Shown: positions 37,525 to 48,780, numbered from the stretch's first letter. The stretch: 64,000 bases of DNA from an uncultured Gammaproteobacteria bacterium (GCA_964571255.1 CAZNAA010000001.1:620666-684665), one strand, 5' to 3'. Notes: a model not told the origin generated them from the sequence alone. Numbers and translations are program-made.

Positions 37525-38406
37525 TTAGAACCAATTTTTCTTTTTGGAATCGGTACTATCAAATTCTTCCAGTAATTCTTTTTGTCTTTTCGTTACACTT
37601 TTTGGAATAGCCACTTTAATCTTGACGTAGTGATCTCCATTCCCGCCTCCTCTGATTCTTGGCATTCCTTTCCCAGAAAGTCTAATAAGCATTCCAGGTT
37701 GTGTTCCTGAGGGAATTTTTATCGTTACTTTTCCTTGAACTGTTTCAACAGGTAATTGAGTTCCGAGTACAGCTTGAGGAAAAGAAATCTCTTCTTCTGT
37801 AATAATGTCTGCTCCTTCTCTTTGATATCTGTTGTGAGGCTGTACATCAATAAGAACGTCATAGTTTTCAAATCGAATACGAGATCCTCGGTCTACCCCT
37901 GCTGGGATTTTTATCTTTTGTTTTTTCCCATCAATCGTTACTTCTTTTTCTACTCCTTTTATAGCATCATCAAAAGTAATGGTTAAGGAGTAAACAGGAC
38001 GACGTTGGGCTCTGGAGAAAGGTCCGCCGGCTCCTCCAAAAAATTGTTCGAAAATTTCAAAGGGATCTGAAAATCCGCCAGAATCAAATCCTTGGTTTTG
38101 AGAAGAAGAATAAGTATACGTAAATGGCCCTCCTCCTTGGAAAGGTCCACCAGGTCCTGGTCCCCCTGCTCCTGGACCTCCTTGATCAAAAGCAGCTGAA
38201 CCATATTGATCGTATAATTGTTTTTTCTGAGGATCTGAGAGAACTTCGTATGCCTTAGTTATTTCTTTAAATTTAGTTTCTGCTTCCTTAGTTTTATTTC
38301 TATCTGGGTGATACTGCAGTGCAAGCTTTCGATATGACTTTTTTATTTCATCAGGTGGAGATGATTTGGTAATTCCTAGTAATTGATAATAATCAGTTTG
38401 TGCCAT
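37525..38406 (-). CDS. dnaJ: DnaJ-class chaperone without the zinc finger
   Basis: J domain with HPD, G/F-rich region and C-terminal domain. No CxxCxGxG repeats. Confidence 0.93.
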   Translation of the reverse strand: MAQTDYYQLLGITKSSPPDEIKKSYRKLALQYHPDRNKTKEAETKFKEITKAYEVLSDPQKKQLYDQYGSAAFDQGGPGAGGPGPGGPFQGGGPFTYTYSSSQNQGFDSGGFSDPFEIFEQFFGGAGGPFSRAQRRPVYSLTITFDDAIKGVEKEVTIDGKKQKIKIPAGVDRGSRIRFENYDVLIDVQPHNRYQREGADIITEEEISFPQAVLGTQLPVETVQGKVTIKIPSGTQPGMLIRLSGKGMPRIRGGGNGDHYVKIKVAIPKSVTKRQKELLEEFDSTDSKKKNWF

Positions 38407-38420
38407 AGGTCTTTAGATAC

Positions 38421-38445
38421 GAAAGAAGCGCGTTTCCGCGCTTTT
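38421..38445 (-). terminator. dnaK-dnaJ intergenic hairpin
   Basis: AAGCGCG-GAAA-CGCGCTT followed by CTTT. Confidence 0.65.
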
Positions 38446-38467
38446 GTATAGCTTTTTGAGCTAATAG

Positions 38468-40381
38468 TTATTCTACCACTTCTCCTTCTTTTGCTTTTCC
38501 TTTATCTTCTCCCGGCTCTTTTTTCTCATCACCATCAGTTTTCCCATCTTCCTCAACTGCTTCAATTTCTGGTTCCTCAGTTGGATTAGGAGTAGATTGC
38601 ATATGTTGTCCAATTTTTTGCATAGATTCAGCTAACTCTTTGGATTTACTCTCAATCTCTTCTTTGCTTCCTGAATCAAGTACGCTTCTGAGACTACTGA
38701 TTTTTTCCTCAACTTCAGTTTTTATTTCATCAGTTATTTTCCCTTCAGCATCTTTAAGGGATTTTTCTGCAGTAAAGATGAGTGAGTCAGCCATGTTTTT
38801 AGCCTCAACTTGAGATTTTTTCTCTTCGTCTTCTTTTGCATGCAACTCTGCTTCTTTAGTCATTTTTTCAACCTCTTCTTTGGATAACCCAGTTGAGCCT
38901 TGAATCTTGATACTTTGCTCTTTGCCACTAGCTTTGTCTTTAGCCGTAACGTGCAAGATTCCATTGGCATCAATATCAAAAGTCACCTCAACTTGTGGCA
39001 TACCTCGTGGAGCTGGTGGAATTCCGTCTAGGATAAATCTTCCCAAGGATTTATTATCAGCTGCCATAGATCTCTCCCCCTGTAATACATTAATTTCAAC
39101 TTGTGTTTGGTTATCAGCAGCAGTTGAGAAAACTTGGGATTTACTCGTTGGAATAGTCGTATTTCGATTAATAAGAGGAGTTGAAACAGCACCAAGCGTC
39201 TCAATACCCAGAGTTAATGGAGTAACGTCTAAAAGAAGTACATCTTTAACATCTCCTGCCAATACTCCTCCTTGAATGGCTGCACCCATGGCAACGACTT
39301 CATCTGGATTTACTGACTTATTGGATTCTTTCCCAAAGTATTTAGAAACTGTTTCGATAATCTTTGGCATTCGAGTCATTCCTCCAACCAAAACGACTTC
39401 ATCAACCTCCGATGCTTTCATCCCAGCGTCTTTAAGAGCTAATTCTACTGGTTTAAGCGTTTTTTGAACTAAATCATCAACAAGTTGCTCAAGCTTGGAA
39501 CGAGTCAAAGTCAAAGTCAAATGTAGTGGGCCATTCTCTCCTTGGGTGATGAATGGTTGATTAATGGATGCCTCTTGTGAAGAAGATAGTTCAATTTTGG
39601 CTTTTTCAGCAGATTCTTTGAGACGTTGGAGTGCTTGAGGATCTTTTCTCAAATCAACGTTGTTTTCCTTTTTAAATTCATCGGCAATGTGATCAATAAT
39701 GACTTGATCAAAATCATCTCCTCCCAAATGAGTATCACCATTCGTCGACTTTACCTCAGTTACGCCTTCTCCTAACTCAAGAATAGAAATATCAAACGTC
39801 CCTCCGCCCAAGTCATATACGGCAATCGTATGAGAGTTTTTCTTATCTAAGCCATAGGCTAAAGCTGCTGCAGTTGGTTCGTTAATAATTCGTTTTACAT
39901 CAAGTCCAGCAATCTCTCCAGCTTGTTTGGTTGCTTGGCGTTGACTGTCATCAAAATAGGCGGGAACGGTGATAACTGCTTCTGTTACTTTCTCACCCAG
40001 ATAGGACTCTGCATCGGCTTTGATTTTTTGCAAAATCATGGCTGAGATTTCTTGTGGAGTAAAGGTTTTCCCATCAACCTCAACTACTGCCATTCCATCT
40101 CGTCCTTCTTTAACAGTGTATGGAAGCCATTTCAAATCGCGTTGTACGGATTCGTCTTTAAACTTTTTTCCCATGAGACGTTTGACTGAGAAAATGGTTT
40201 GTTTTGGCTTTAACACCATTTGGCGCTTAGCAACGTCTCCAACAACGTGGGAGATTGGGTCAACCACTGAAGGGATAACGTTTCTGCCTTCAGCTGAGTG
40301 GATAACATTTGCCATTCCACCTTGCATTACAGCAACGCATGAGTTTGTTGTTCCTAAATCAATTCCAATTATTTTACCCAT
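38468..40381 (-). CDS. dnaK: chaperone DnaK
   Basis: [35 protein letters not shown]. Confidence 0.98.
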   Translation of the reverse strand: MGKIIGIDLGTTNSCVAVMQGGMANVIHSAEGRNVIPSVVDPISHVVGDVAKRQMVLKPKQTIFSVKRLMGKKFKDESVQRDLKWLPYTVKEGRDGMAVVEVDGKTFTPQEISAMILQKIKADAESYLGEKVTEAVITVPAYFDDSQRQATKQAGEIAGLDVKRIINEPTAAALAYGLDKKNSHTIAVYDLGGGTFDISILELGEGVTEVKSTNGDTHLGGDDFDQVIIDHIADEFKKENNVDLRKDPQALQRLKESAEKAKIELSSSQEASINQPFITQGENGPLHLTLTLTRSKLEQLVDDLVQKTLKPVELALKDAGMKASEVDEVVLVGGMTRMPKIIETVSKYFGKESNKSVNPDEVVAMGAAIQGGVLAGDVKDVLLLDVTPLTLGIETLGAVSTPLINRNTTIPTSKSQVFSTAADNQTQVEINVLQGERSMAADNKSLGRFILDGIPPAPRGMPQVEVTFDIDANGILHVTAKDKASGKEQSIKIQGSTGLSKEEVEKMTKEAELHAKEDEEKKSQVEAKNMADSLIFTAEKSLKDAEGKITDEIKTEVEEKISSLRSVLDSGSKEEIESKSKELAESMQKIGQHMQSTPNPTEEPEIEAVEEDGKTDGDEKKEPGEDKGKAKEGEVVE

Positions 40382-40443
40382 ATATTTTTTGTGAGTCTTT
40401 TTAAGATCTCAGAGAAAAAAATTTATTTTTCTTCTCTCAAATC

Positions 40444-40926
40444 TTACTTTCCTCCAACTGCTACTTCAGCAGGACGTAGTAATTTTCCGTAGAGCAAGTA
40501 TCCAGGACGTCTTTCTTCAATCACTATATTAGCATCTCCGTCAATAATTTCAACTGCCTCCATGAGGGATGGATCAAAAACTTTTCCAACTGTTTCTATC
40601 TTCTCAACCCCTTCACCTTTTAGTGCGTCTTTGTAGACAGTAATGACTAATTCAAGAGTCTTATCAGTATTATGCTTTGAAGTCATCTCCAGCATATCTA
40701 GAGTGGGAAGTAATCGTTGCAGAAGAGACAGATTGGCACTTTTAATCCACTCTGACTTTTCTTCTCGTACTCGCTTTTCAAGGTTCTGATAATCAGCAAG
40801 AATTCTCTTGTACTGATTTGTCATTTCTTCTAGTTGTATTTCGCAACTGTCATGTATGTCTTCTTCAAGAACAGGCATTTCCTCCACGTCTTGTTGTTCC
40901 TCTTTCACTTGATCTTGCTTCTTCAT
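40444..40926 (-). CDS. grpE: nucleotide exchange factor GrpE
   Basis: ADYQNL.KR, FDP...EAV, GY....LLRPA.V.V. Lies between hrcA and dnaK. Confidence 0.95.
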   Translation of the reverse strand: MKKQDQVKEEQQDVEEMPVLEEDIHDSCEIQLEEMTNQYKRILADYQNLEKRVREEKSEWIKSANLSLLQRLLPTLDMLEMTSKHNTDKTLELVITVYKDALKGEGVEKIETVGKVFDPSLMEAVEIIDGDANIVIEERRPGYLLYGKLLRPAEVAVGGK

Positions 40927-40930
40927 AATT

Positions 40931-41665
40931 TTACCACTGTTTTGCCACGTCTTCAATCAAATCTCCAAAATATCTTACTGCAGGAACAATAGTTGTATAG
41001 TTAAGGCGTTGTGGTCCAATAACTCCAATTTCTCCATGTTCCTGTCCTGGTACGTTGTACTCAGTAAAAACTAACCCATATGGTCCTTTTAACGCTCCTC
41101 CTAATTCATCTCCCATAACAATGTGAATTTCTTCATCAACGTCACTGTTTGCAAATAGTACTTTGAAATATTCATACTCATCCAAGGCTTGTAAAAGTGT
41201 TTTAGTGATATCGATATCAAAAAACTCTGGCATATCTAAAATATGTGCATAGCCTGAGCAATAGATTTGTCCACTTCCTGTTGTAGCAATGGCAACGGCT
41301 CCCGTTTTTTGAGCTAATGACTTAGTAACTTCCCTCAGAAACCTATCGACTTGAGACCGATAATCCCATACATTTTCTTTTAAGGCTACTTCCTCAACCG
41401 TTGATAACTGCTTTACTTTCATTAACTCTTTGACATACAGTCTCATGCCTTCAGCGGTTGGGATTCTTCCGGCTGAGGTGTGAGGTTTTTCTAAATAGCC
41501 AAGAGTTGTTAGATGAACCATTTCGTTTCGAATGGTTGCAGGAGAAGCACTTAAATTATATTTCTTCTCAATGGTTTCTGATCCAACTGGTAAAGCAGTG
41601 TCAATGTATTCCTCAATAATACTTTTCAGAATATCGATTTGACGCTGAGTAAGGTTATGAATCAT
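40931..41665 (-). CDS. hrcA: heat-inducible repressor HrcA
   Basis: LT.RQ..IL..IIEEYI.TA.PVGS, SPATIRNEM, PHTSAGRIPT, GVIGP.RLNY. Confidence 0.95.
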   Translation of the reverse strand: MIHNLTQRQIDILKSIIEEYIDTALPVGSETIEKKYNLSASPATIRNEMVHLTTLGYLEKPHTSAGRIPTAEGMRLYVKELMKVKQLSTVEEVALKENVWDYRSQVDRFLREVTKSLAQKTGAVAIATTGSGQIYCSGYAHILDMPEFFDIDITKTLLQALDEYEYFKVLFANSDVDEEIHIVMGDELGGALKGPYGLVFTEYNVPGQEHGEIGVIGPQRLNYTTIVPAVRYFGDLIEDVAKQW

Positions 41666-41668
41666 AAG

Positions 41669-41705
41669 TTAGCAATATATTAACAAGACTGCCAGATTTT
41701 GTCAA
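41669..41705 (-). promoter_or_regulatory. degenerate CIRCE operator overlapping the hrcA promoter
   Basis: CTGGCAGTC-N9-TATTGCTAA (41695-41669) versus consensus TTAGCACTC-N9-GAGTGCTAA. TTGACA (41705-41700), 17 nt, TAATAT. Confidence 0.75.
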
Positions 41706-41745
41706 GTATATACATGAGAGTCTTTTTTTCGATACTATAAAAACA

Positions 41746-42081
41746 ATGATGAAAAGAAACAAGCGCAAAATCATGCATGCACTTCTAAGTGGTGTGTTTT
41801 TTATTCTTTTTTGTTTGTTTATTCGCTATGTCTCACCTGAGACAGTCGTAAGCTTAGGCTTTTTCTCTCTTTCCAGCTTGCCTTTTTTCTTTATCCTCCT
41901 TTTTCTTTTTACCTACTTTTTAACTATTACCTTTCTTCCCAGTGGTTTTCATGGACTTCTCATCTCAGGCTTTATCACCACCTACTTTTTGTTTCGGCTC
42001 AACGGACTGGAGAACCCGTTGTTTTTTGTCTTGCTTCTCTCTCTTCTTCTTCTCATTGAGCTTGTCATGTATAAGCGCTAG
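41746..42081 (+). CDS. small 4-TM membrane protein
   Basis: Highly hydrophobic 111-aa ORF. Confidence 0.65.
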   Translation: MMKRNKRKIMHALLSGVFFILFCLFIRYVSPETVVSLGFFSLSSLPFFFILLFLFTYFLTITFLPSGFHGLLISGFITTYFLFRLNGLENPLFFVLLLSLLLLIELVMYKR

Positions 42082-42116
42082 TTTCTATTTTTAGCCTCGT
42101 TTGGTACAATCCAGTT

Positions 42117-43565
42117 ATGAACAAGTATTACATCACTAATGCCATTCCCTATGTCAATGCAGCTCCTCATATTGGACACGCATTAGAATTTATTCAATCA
42201 GATACCATTGCTCGGTTTCACCGCTTACTTGGTGAAGAAGTAACATACCTTTGTGGCTCTGATGAGAATGCTCTTAAAAATGTTCAAGCAGCAGAAAAGA
42301 CTGGAGAAACAGTTCAAGTGTTTGTTGATAAATATGCATCAGTTTTTGAGGAAGCAGTGAAGAAATTAGGAGTTGCGTTTGATATCTTTCAAAAAACGAG
42401 TGATCAAGACAAACACTATCCAGCTAGTCAGAAGTTATGGGAACTTTGTAATGCAAACGGCGACATCTATAAAAAGTCCTACAAAGGGCTCTATTGTGTA
42501 GGATGTGAGACGTTTTATGCTAAAGAGGAACTTAACGAAAATGGCGAGTGCTTTGAACACCCTGGGAAAAAATTAGAAGAAGTAGAGGAGGAAAACTACT
42601 TCTTCCGCCTTTCTAAGTATCAAAAGGAGCTTATTGAACTTATTGAATCAGATACCTACCAAATTGTCCCTTCATTTAGGAAAAACGAAATTCTTTCTTT
42701 TCTGAAAAGTGGACTTGAGGACTTTAGTATTTCTCGAAGTAATGAGAGAGCCAAAAACTGGGGAATACCAGTTCCTGGAGATCCAACTCAGCGAATTTAT
42801 GTCTGGTTTGACGCGTTAAACGTATATCAAAGTGGGATTGGATTTTGCTGGGATGAGGAGCAATATTCAAAACTTTGGCCAGCTGATTTACATGTGATTG
42901 GCAAAGGAATTATTCGATTCCATGCTATCTATTGGCCAGCTATGCTTCTTTCAGCTAAACTCCAGCTTCCCAAAAAACTCTTTGTTCATGAGTACTTTAC
43001 TGTTGACGGGCAAAAAATGTCAAAGACTCTTGGAAATGTGATTGATCCAGTCGAAATGGTTGAAAAGTATGGAGCAGATCCCTTACGGTATTATTGCCTC
43101 TCTAAATTCTCTCCATTTTCTGATGGGGACTTTTCAGAAGAAAGACTCAAAGAAACGTATAACTCTGATTTAGCCAATGGACTAGGAAATCTTGTTGCCA
43201 GAGTTTCACGACTTTGTGAGACAGTACAGCTTGAAAACAAAGGACGAGTTAAGTCTCTTTCTGAATTAACTGAAATTGAAGAGTATCTTTCCTTTTTTGA
43301 AGAATTTAAGTTTAATGAAGTACTTTCTTTTGTCTGGAGAAAAATTACAGAGGTTGATCAATATATAAATCAAGAAAAACCATGGACTTTAGTTGAATCA
43401 GATACGGAGAAGGCAAAAGAGATCCTCACAAGGTGTGTTGAGGAAATTCTCGATATCTCAGTTCTTCTTACTCCTTTTATGCCAGAAACAGCAGGGAAAA
43501 TTCAAAATATATTTGGGAAAGAGGCAATTACTGCAGGAGAATCATTATTCCCTCGTCTTTCGTAA
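42117..43565 (+). CDS. metG: methionine--tRNA ligase
   Basis: YITNAIPYVN..PHIGH, CxxC knuckle, YVWFDAL, KMSKT. No C-terminal dimerisation domain. Confidence 0.97.
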   Translation: MNKYYITNAIPYVNAAPHIGHALEFIQSDTIARFHRLLGEEVTYLCGSDENALKNVQAAEKTGETVQVFVDKYASVFEEAVKKLGVAFDIFQKTSDQDKHYPASQKLWELCNANGDIYKKSYKGLYCVGCETFYAKEELNENGECFEHPGKKLEEVEEENYFFRLSKYQKELIELIESDTYQIVPSFRKNEILSFLKSGLEDFSISRSNERAKNWGIPVPGDPTQRIYVWFDALNVYQSGIGFCWDEEQYSKLWPADLHVIGKGIIRFHAIYWPAMLLSAKLQLPKKLFVHEYFTVDGQKMSKTLGNVIDPVEMVEKYGADPLRYYCLSKFSPFSDGDFSEERLKETYNSDLANGLGNLVARVSRLCETVQLENKGRVKSLSELTEIEEYLSFFEEFKFNEVLSFVWRKITEVDQYINQEKPWTLVESDTEKAKEILTRCVEEILDISVLLTPFMPETAGKIQNIFGKEAITAGESLFPRLS

Positions 43566-43569
43566 TTAC

Positions 43570-43905
43570 TTATTTAAAAAGCATATTCAAAGCCCAGGAG
43601 ATAAGAGATAAAACAATACTAAATAGGAGTGCCCATAAAAACCCATCAACAGTAAAGCCAGGAACAACATACGTTGCTCCCAAAATAAGTAAGGCGTTAA
43701 TAACCAGAGTAAACAAACCAAAGGTGAGAATAGTAATAGGAAGGGTAAGTAAAACTAAGATTGGCTTAATAACTACATTGGCAATTCCTAAGACTACAGC
43801 GAGAACTAATGCGGTGACAAAAGTGTCAACATGAATTCCAGGAAGAATATAGGCAGCAGTAAGAATAGCTAGCGCATTCAGTAACCAATTAATAAGTATT
43901 CCCAT
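43570..43905 (-). CDS. 4-TM phage-holin-family (YvlD-like) membrane protein
   Basis: N..IKPIL.LLTLP..ILT.GLF.LVINA motif. Confidence 0.85.
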   Translation of the reverse strand: MGILINWLLNALAILTAAYILPGIHVDTFVTALVLAVVLGIANVVIKPILVLLTLPITILTFGLFTLVINALLILGATYVVPGFTVDGFLWALLFSIVLSLISWALNMLFK

Positions 43906-43967
43906 ATCTATATGGTATTCCAAACTAATTTCCCAGGTCAAGAGTGATTCTTGGTATAATGCAGACA

Positions 43968-44783
43968 ATGATTGATATTCATTGTCATTTAAATTTTCAC
44001 TCCTATGAAAATGATACTCCAGAAGTAATTAAGAATGCTTTTGCTGCAGGAGTGAGAGCAATTGTTAATGTTGGGACAAAACTGGACTCGAGTAAACAAG
44101 CAGTTGAACTAGCTCACCAATATGACAATTTGTGGGCAATCGTGGGAGTTCATCCTCATCATGCAGACAAAGTCGAGTTAGGTGAAGACTGGATCAAAGA
44201 GCTTGAGATTCTAGCAACAGATGAGAAAGTTATTGGAATTGGAGAGATTGGAATGGATTATTACTCCTATCAATCAAACGGCATTGTGGAATCCTCACTT
44301 CAAAAAGAAGTCTTTGAGGCCCAAATTGAGCTAGCTCATAGACAAAAACTTCCTCTCCAAATTCATCATAGACAAGTAGGACAAGAACTCATTGATATTC
44401 TCCTCCATCACAAAAATCTACTTCTTCCTATTCCTGGGATGTTTCATTGTTTTGCTGGATCAAAAGAGTTTCTCAAACAAGCACTAGACTTAGGATTTTT
44501 TATTGGCTTTGATGGAAACGTGACGTATAAAGGGATTCCCAAAGGAGAAACTGTCTCCCTTCGAGAACTTGCTGAGTACACACCCCTTGATCGAATCGTT
44601 ACCGAAACTGATAGCCCTTATCTTACTCCTGAGCCTTTCCGTGGACAGAGAAATGAGTCAAAACATGTTATACTTGTTGGAGAGTTCCTTGCAGATCTTA
44701 AAGGAGTAACGAATGCGGAAATGAGTGAGATTACAGTGAAGAATGTCTTGACTGCTTTCCCAAAATTGAAACTTACTCTTTAG
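43968..44783 (+). CDS. tatD: TatD-family nuclease
   Basis: IDIHCHL, GVHPH, GEIGMDY, HCF, ETDSPYLTPEP.RG.RN. Confidence 0.93.
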   Translation: MIDIHCHLNFHSYENDTPEVIKNAFAAGVRAIVNVGTKLDSSKQAVELAHQYDNLWAIVGVHPHHADKVELGEDWIKELEILATDEKVIGIGEIGMDYYSYQSNGIVESSLQKEVFEAQIELAHRQKLPLQIHHRQVGQELIDILLHHKNLLLPIPGMFHCFAGSKEFLKQALDLGFFIGFDGNVTYKGIPKGETVSLRELAEYTPLDRIVTETDSPYLTPEPFRGQRNESKHVILVGEFLADLKGVTNAEMSEITVKNVLTAFPKLKLTL

Positions 44784-44793
44784 GCACTAACGT

Positions 44794-46287
44794 ATGACAA
44801 ATACATTTGATCGTCTTTTTACCCGCTACCCTATTAAAACAAGACGTTTTTTCGAAATTCTCCCAGGATTTATGGCCTGGACTCTCATTTTATTTCCCAT
44901 CTGGGGAGCACTTCTTATCCCAACCTTTCTTGCCTACTTTATTCTTTTCTTTGATATCTATTGGTTGTATAAATCTGCCTCTCTTGTCGTAACCGCCCAC
45001 ATTGCGTCAAAAAAGATTCGGGTAACAGAAAAAATAAATTGGTATGAAAGAGCTCAAAAGTTTGAAGAGAGATCAAAGGTCCATCATATTCTTATTATCC
45101 CAAACTACACCGAGACTGCCGAGAAACTTAAAGTAACTCTTCAAGCTTTAGCAAATCAAAATATGCCTCTTAAATACTTACACATCGTTTTGGCTATGGA
45201 GGAGAGGGAGAAAAATGGAAGAGAAAAAGGAGATATTCTTATTAAGGAATTTAAAGATGTCTTTGGAACTATTATGGCCACCTATCACCCAGACGTTTTG
45301 GGTGAAGTGAAAGGCAAGTCTTCAAATGAGGCATACGGAGGACGGGAAGCATATAAGTATCTTATTGAAAATGGTCCATTAGATTTGGATTACACCACAG
45401 TAACAGCCATTGATGCTGACTCTATTTTTGATAAAGAATATTTTGGCAATCTTACCTATCTTTTCCTTGAAGATAAATTACGGTATCAAAAATTCTGGCA
45501 ATCAGCTATTGTTCACTACACTAATATCTGGCAAGTTCCCGCCCCTAATAGAATTATTTCTTTCTTTGGAGGATTGTGGAGAACCTCCCTTCTTGTCAGA
45601 CAAGACAAACTACTAACGCACGCAACCTACTCTCTTTCTTTCAGACTCCTTCATGAAATAGGCTACTGGGATGTTGATGTTATTCCTGAAGATTATCGAA
45701 TCTTTTTCAAAGCATTTTATGCCAAACAGGGGCAAATTTGGGTTGAGCCAATTTTTCTCAAAACCTCCGTTGATGTTGCCCAGTCCCCAACGTACTGGGG
45801 AAGTCTACAGAATAAATATAATCAGGAGAGGCGCTGGTCATGGGGAGTATCTGATCAACCTCTTTTTATTAAATGGTGGTTCACCGTTCCTGGAGTTCCT
45901 TTTTACAGAAAGACAACCCTTCTTTTACAAGTATTAATGGATCACGTGTTATGGCCTGCTAATTGGTTTATTATCACCATTGCAGCAAACGTTATTCCCT
46001 TTGTTAATCCAGTCTACTCTCGAACGGCACTTGGCTACCGGCTTCCACAACTTGCCGGATCTATTTTAACTATTGGGCTTATTTCAATTGTTGCACTCAT
46101 TTATATAGATTTTAAAAATAAACCAGAGCATATCAAACTTCCTTGGTACCGAAAACTCTTTTTCCCGTTTGAGTTTATTTTAATGCCTCTTATTGGATTT
46201 TTCCTTTCTGCACTCCCTGCTCTTATCTCACACACTCAGCTCATGTTTGGCAAGAGAATGGAGTATAAAGTAACTGAGAAAGTATAA
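44794..46287 (+). CDS. membrane GT2-family glycosyltransferase
   Basis: GKSSN, DAD, PED and Q..RW (QERRW) motifs with flanking TMs. Confidence 0.85.
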   Translation: MTNTFDRLFTRYPIKTRRFFEILPGFMAWTLILFPIWGALLIPTFLAYFILFFDIYWLYKSASLVVTAHIASKKIRVTEKINWYERAQKFEERSKVHHILIIPNYTETAEKLKVTLQALANQNMPLKYLHIVLAMEEREKNGREKGDILIKEFKDVFGTIMATYHPDVLGEVKGKSSNEAYGGREAYKYLIENGPLDLDYTTVTAIDADSIFDKEYFGNLTYLFLEDKLRYQKFWQSAIVHYTNIWQVPAPNRIISFFGGLWRTSLLVRQDKLLTHATYSLSFRLLHEIGYWDVDVIPEDYRIFFKAFYAKQGQIWVEPIFLKTSVDVAQSPTYWGSLQNKYNQERRWSWGVSDQPLFIKWWFTVPGVPFYRKTTLLLQVLMDHVLWPANWFIITIAANVIPFVNPVYSRTALGYRLPQLAGSILTIGLISIVALIYIDFKNKPEHIKLPWYRKLFFPFEFILMPLIGFFLSALPALISHTQLMFGKRMEYKVTEKV

Positions 46288-46289
46288 GT

Positions 46290-46643
46290 ATGAAAGAGCT
46301 GTTGCAAGATATTAAAGCTGATGGATTAGTTTGGAGAGGAACCATTGCTGCAACAATCCTTCTTTTCATTTGTATTATCTATACTGGAATTGCCTACTAT
46401 ATTTTCCCACCCGTCATTCCTCTTTTTCACCAACTTCCTTGGGGAGAACAACGACTGGCTGAGAAAATAGGAATTGTACTTCCTGTTGGCTTTACTTTTT
46501 GTACGGTCTATATCAATGTGATTCTCGCTACGATGATTCATAAGACACTTCCTTTAGTTGGAAGAATTCTGATTATCACTAGTCTTTTATTAACGATTCT
46601 TTTAAGTATCTTTTTAATTAAAACGACTCTTTTAGTTATATGA
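46290..46643 (+). CDS. small 3-TM membrane protein
   Basis: PP.IPLF...PWG..RL motif between TMs. Confidence 0.65.
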   Translation: MKELLQDIKADGLVWRGTIAATILLFICIIYTGIAYYIFPPVIPLFHQLPWGEQRLAEKIGIVLPVGFTFCTVYINVILATMIHKTLPLVGRILIITSLLLTILLSIFLIKTTLLVI

Positions 46644-47689
46644 TCGAAATACTTTATTTGCCATTTCTTTTTTCAGCTCTTTTAACAGCATTTCTTACTT
46701 ACCTCCTTATTCCTCTTATTAAAAAAGCAGGACTCGTGGATGATCCAAAAATTCATATTCACCCAAAAGTGATTCATACAGGGAGTGTTCCCCGAGGGGG
46801 AGGAATACCACTTTTCTTGGGAGTTTTCATCTCAGGGTTACTTTTTCTTCCTATTAATCAACAAACGATTATTCTATTTGTGGCCTCATTTCTTTGCTTA
46901 ATCGTTGGAACGATTGATGATAAATATAATGGTCTTGGGAAAGATCTCTCTCCTGTTATTAGACTTGGAGTGAATATTTTAGCTGCAAGTATCGTTGTTT
47001 TTGGAGGAATCTCCATTTCATTTCTCACTAACCCTTTTGGAGGGATTATTCATTTGGATATTCCCCTTCTTTCTTTTCTCCCTATTACTGCAGGACAAAT
47101 TATCTCCATTGTCTGGATTATTTGGGTTATGAATATGATGAACTGGAGTAAGGGGGTTGATCAAATGCCAGGACTTGTTGCTATTGCTGCATTTGTCATA
47201 GGGCTTTTAGCAATAAAACTAAGTGGAGATATGCAGTTTTTAGATACCCCTCTCTCTTTTATCATTGCAGGAGCAGCACTGGGCTTTCTTCCTTTTAATC
47301 TCAATCCTGCCCGGATTTTTCCTGGATACGGAGCGACCGCACTTTATTTGCTTCTAGCTGCAGTTTCCATTCTTTCCAGTGCAAAATTAGCAACAGCTAT
47401 TTTAGTTATGGGAGTTCCAACTATTGATGCAGCCTTTACGATTATTAGACGAATTGCAAACAAAAAATCCCCCATGTATGGAGATCGGAAACATTTGTAT
47501 CATTTGCTTTTGGATTTTGGTTATTCGAAGAGACAAATTGCGTTGTTCTATTGGGCTTTATCTGCTATATTGGGCGTTGTGGCCCTCACTCTTGAAAGTA
47601 AGAGTAAGTTATTTGCTATAGTAATGGTAACAGTTATTACGGTTGGGGGATTAATATTTTTACACAGCTTTAATGAAAAAGATTCTTAG
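46640..47689 (+). CDS. MraY/WecA-family polyprenyl-phosphate sugar-1-phosphate transferase
   Basis: PRGGG, G.IDDK, GFLPFN..PARIF.G, D..F.IIRR, D.KHLYH.L. Confidence 0.88.
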   Translation: MIEILYLPFLFSALLTAFLTYLLIPLIKKAGLVDDPKIHIHPKVIHTGSVPRGGGIPLFLGVFISGLLFLPINQQTIILFVASFLCLIVGTIDDKYNGLGKDLSPVIRLGVNILAASIVVFGGISISFLTNPFGGIIHLDIPLLSFLPITAGQIISIVWIIWVMNMMNWSKGVDQMPGLVAIAAFVIGLLAIKLSGDMQFLDTPLSFIIAGAALGFLPFNLNPARIFPGYGATALYLLLAAVSILSSAKLATAILVMGVPTIDAAFTIIRRIANKKSPMYGDRKHLYHLLLDFGYSKRQIALFYWALSAILGVVALTLESKSKLFAIVMVTVITVGGLIFLHSFNEKDS

Positions 47690-48644
47690 TTATTTCAAAC
47701 TCTGCAGACCTCGGCAATGGATTAAAAACGTTGCCATTTTCGCATCCATCACCTTTAACGGAGGCTTATTTGAACCAGTATCACTTCTTCATGTATTTTT
47801 TGGCTTTTTAGTATTTTGTGGTCTATCCAGTGCCACGTATATTATTAATGATCTTTTTGATATTCAAAAAGACAAATTGCACCCATTCAAAAGAAATCGT
47901 CCTCTTGCCAAAGGAACTGTATCTGTTCCCGAGGCCATAGTTCTTGCCATTCTTCTTGGAGGAGGATCACTGATTGGAAGCATTGTCGTGCAACCTGGAG
48001 ATAGCTTTAGTGGCCTCCCATCATTCTTCATTGTAGCGGTAACATACTTGGTACTACAGTTCTCTTATTCCATGCTTCTCAAACACGTAACGGTTTTGGA
48101 TATTTTAAGTATTGCTGCTGGATATATCTTGCGAGTCTATGCAGGAGAAGTCCTTTTCCCAGGGTCACACATTCCTGTCTGGTTATTTTTGACAACGATT
48201 TCTTTGTCTCTTTTCTTAGCAGTTGGAAAGAGACGATCTGAGCTGACTCTTGTCTCAACCCAATCGGCTGCAGCGATTGCTTCCATTAGAGAAACGCTTT
48301 CTCATTACTCAGAGAGGCTCCTTGACGTGTATGCTTCAATTTTTGCTACCTCCACCTTTATTTCTTATGCCCTTTTTACCTTTGTGGAGAATAGCAAGTC
48401 TCTAACCATTACTAATGAATTACTTCTCCCAGATTACCTTCCCATGTCACTGCAAAAAAAGTGGCTCATGATTACAATCATCCCAGTAGTGTATGGTTTG
48501 ATGAGATATCTTCAAGACATTTATGAAAAACATGAAGGAGAGAGTCCTGAAAGAGTACTATTGTCTGACAAGCAGTTACTTGCAACAGTTATTACGTGGG
48601 TATTGATGGTAATTGGGATTATTTATGTTATTCAGGGAGGGTGA
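47673..48644 (+). CDS. UbiA-family prenyltransferase (decaprenyl-phosphate phosphoribosyltransferase-like)
   Basis: RPRQWIKN, YIINDLFD...DKLHP.KRNRPLAKG, LAVGKRRSE. Confidence 0.88.
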   Translation: MKKILSYFKLCRPRQWIKNVAIFASITFNGGLFEPVSLLHVFFGFLVFCGLSSATYIINDLFDIQKDKLHPFKRNRPLAKGTVSVPEAIVLAILLGGGSLIGSIVVQPGDSFSGLPSFFIVAVTYLVLQFSYSMLLKHVTVLDILSIAAGYILRVYAGEVLFPGSHIPVWLFLTTISLSLFLAVGKRRSELTLVSTQSAAAIASIRETLSHYSERLLDVYASIFATSTFISYALFTFVENSKSLTITNELLLPDYLPMSLQKKWLMITIIPVVYGLMRYLQDIYEKHEGESPERVLLSDKQLLATVITWVLMVIGIIYVIQGG

Positions 48645-48650
48645 GAAGAT

Positions 48651-48675
48651 GATTCGCATTCCTTTTGGGTCACCA
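48651..48675 (+). other. degenerate tRNA 3'-end remnant (Glu-like)
   Basis: GATTCGCATTCCTTTTGGGTCACCA resembles the T-arm plus acceptor end GGTTCGAATCCC...GGGTCACCA. Confidence 0.4.
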
Positions 48676-48780
48676 TCGGGAACCACCTGCTTCTCAGATT
48701 CAAGAATAGGTTGATATATTGAGCTAATCGTATCGTTCTTAACCAATATTTATTTCAAACATAGTTAGCCTCAAATGTAC

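Noticed and set aside
43570-43905. Prophage suggested by the holin-family and baseplate-J-like genes
   Set aside because: Both families occur as isolated chromosomal genes. No integrase, capsid, terminase or lysin genes are present.
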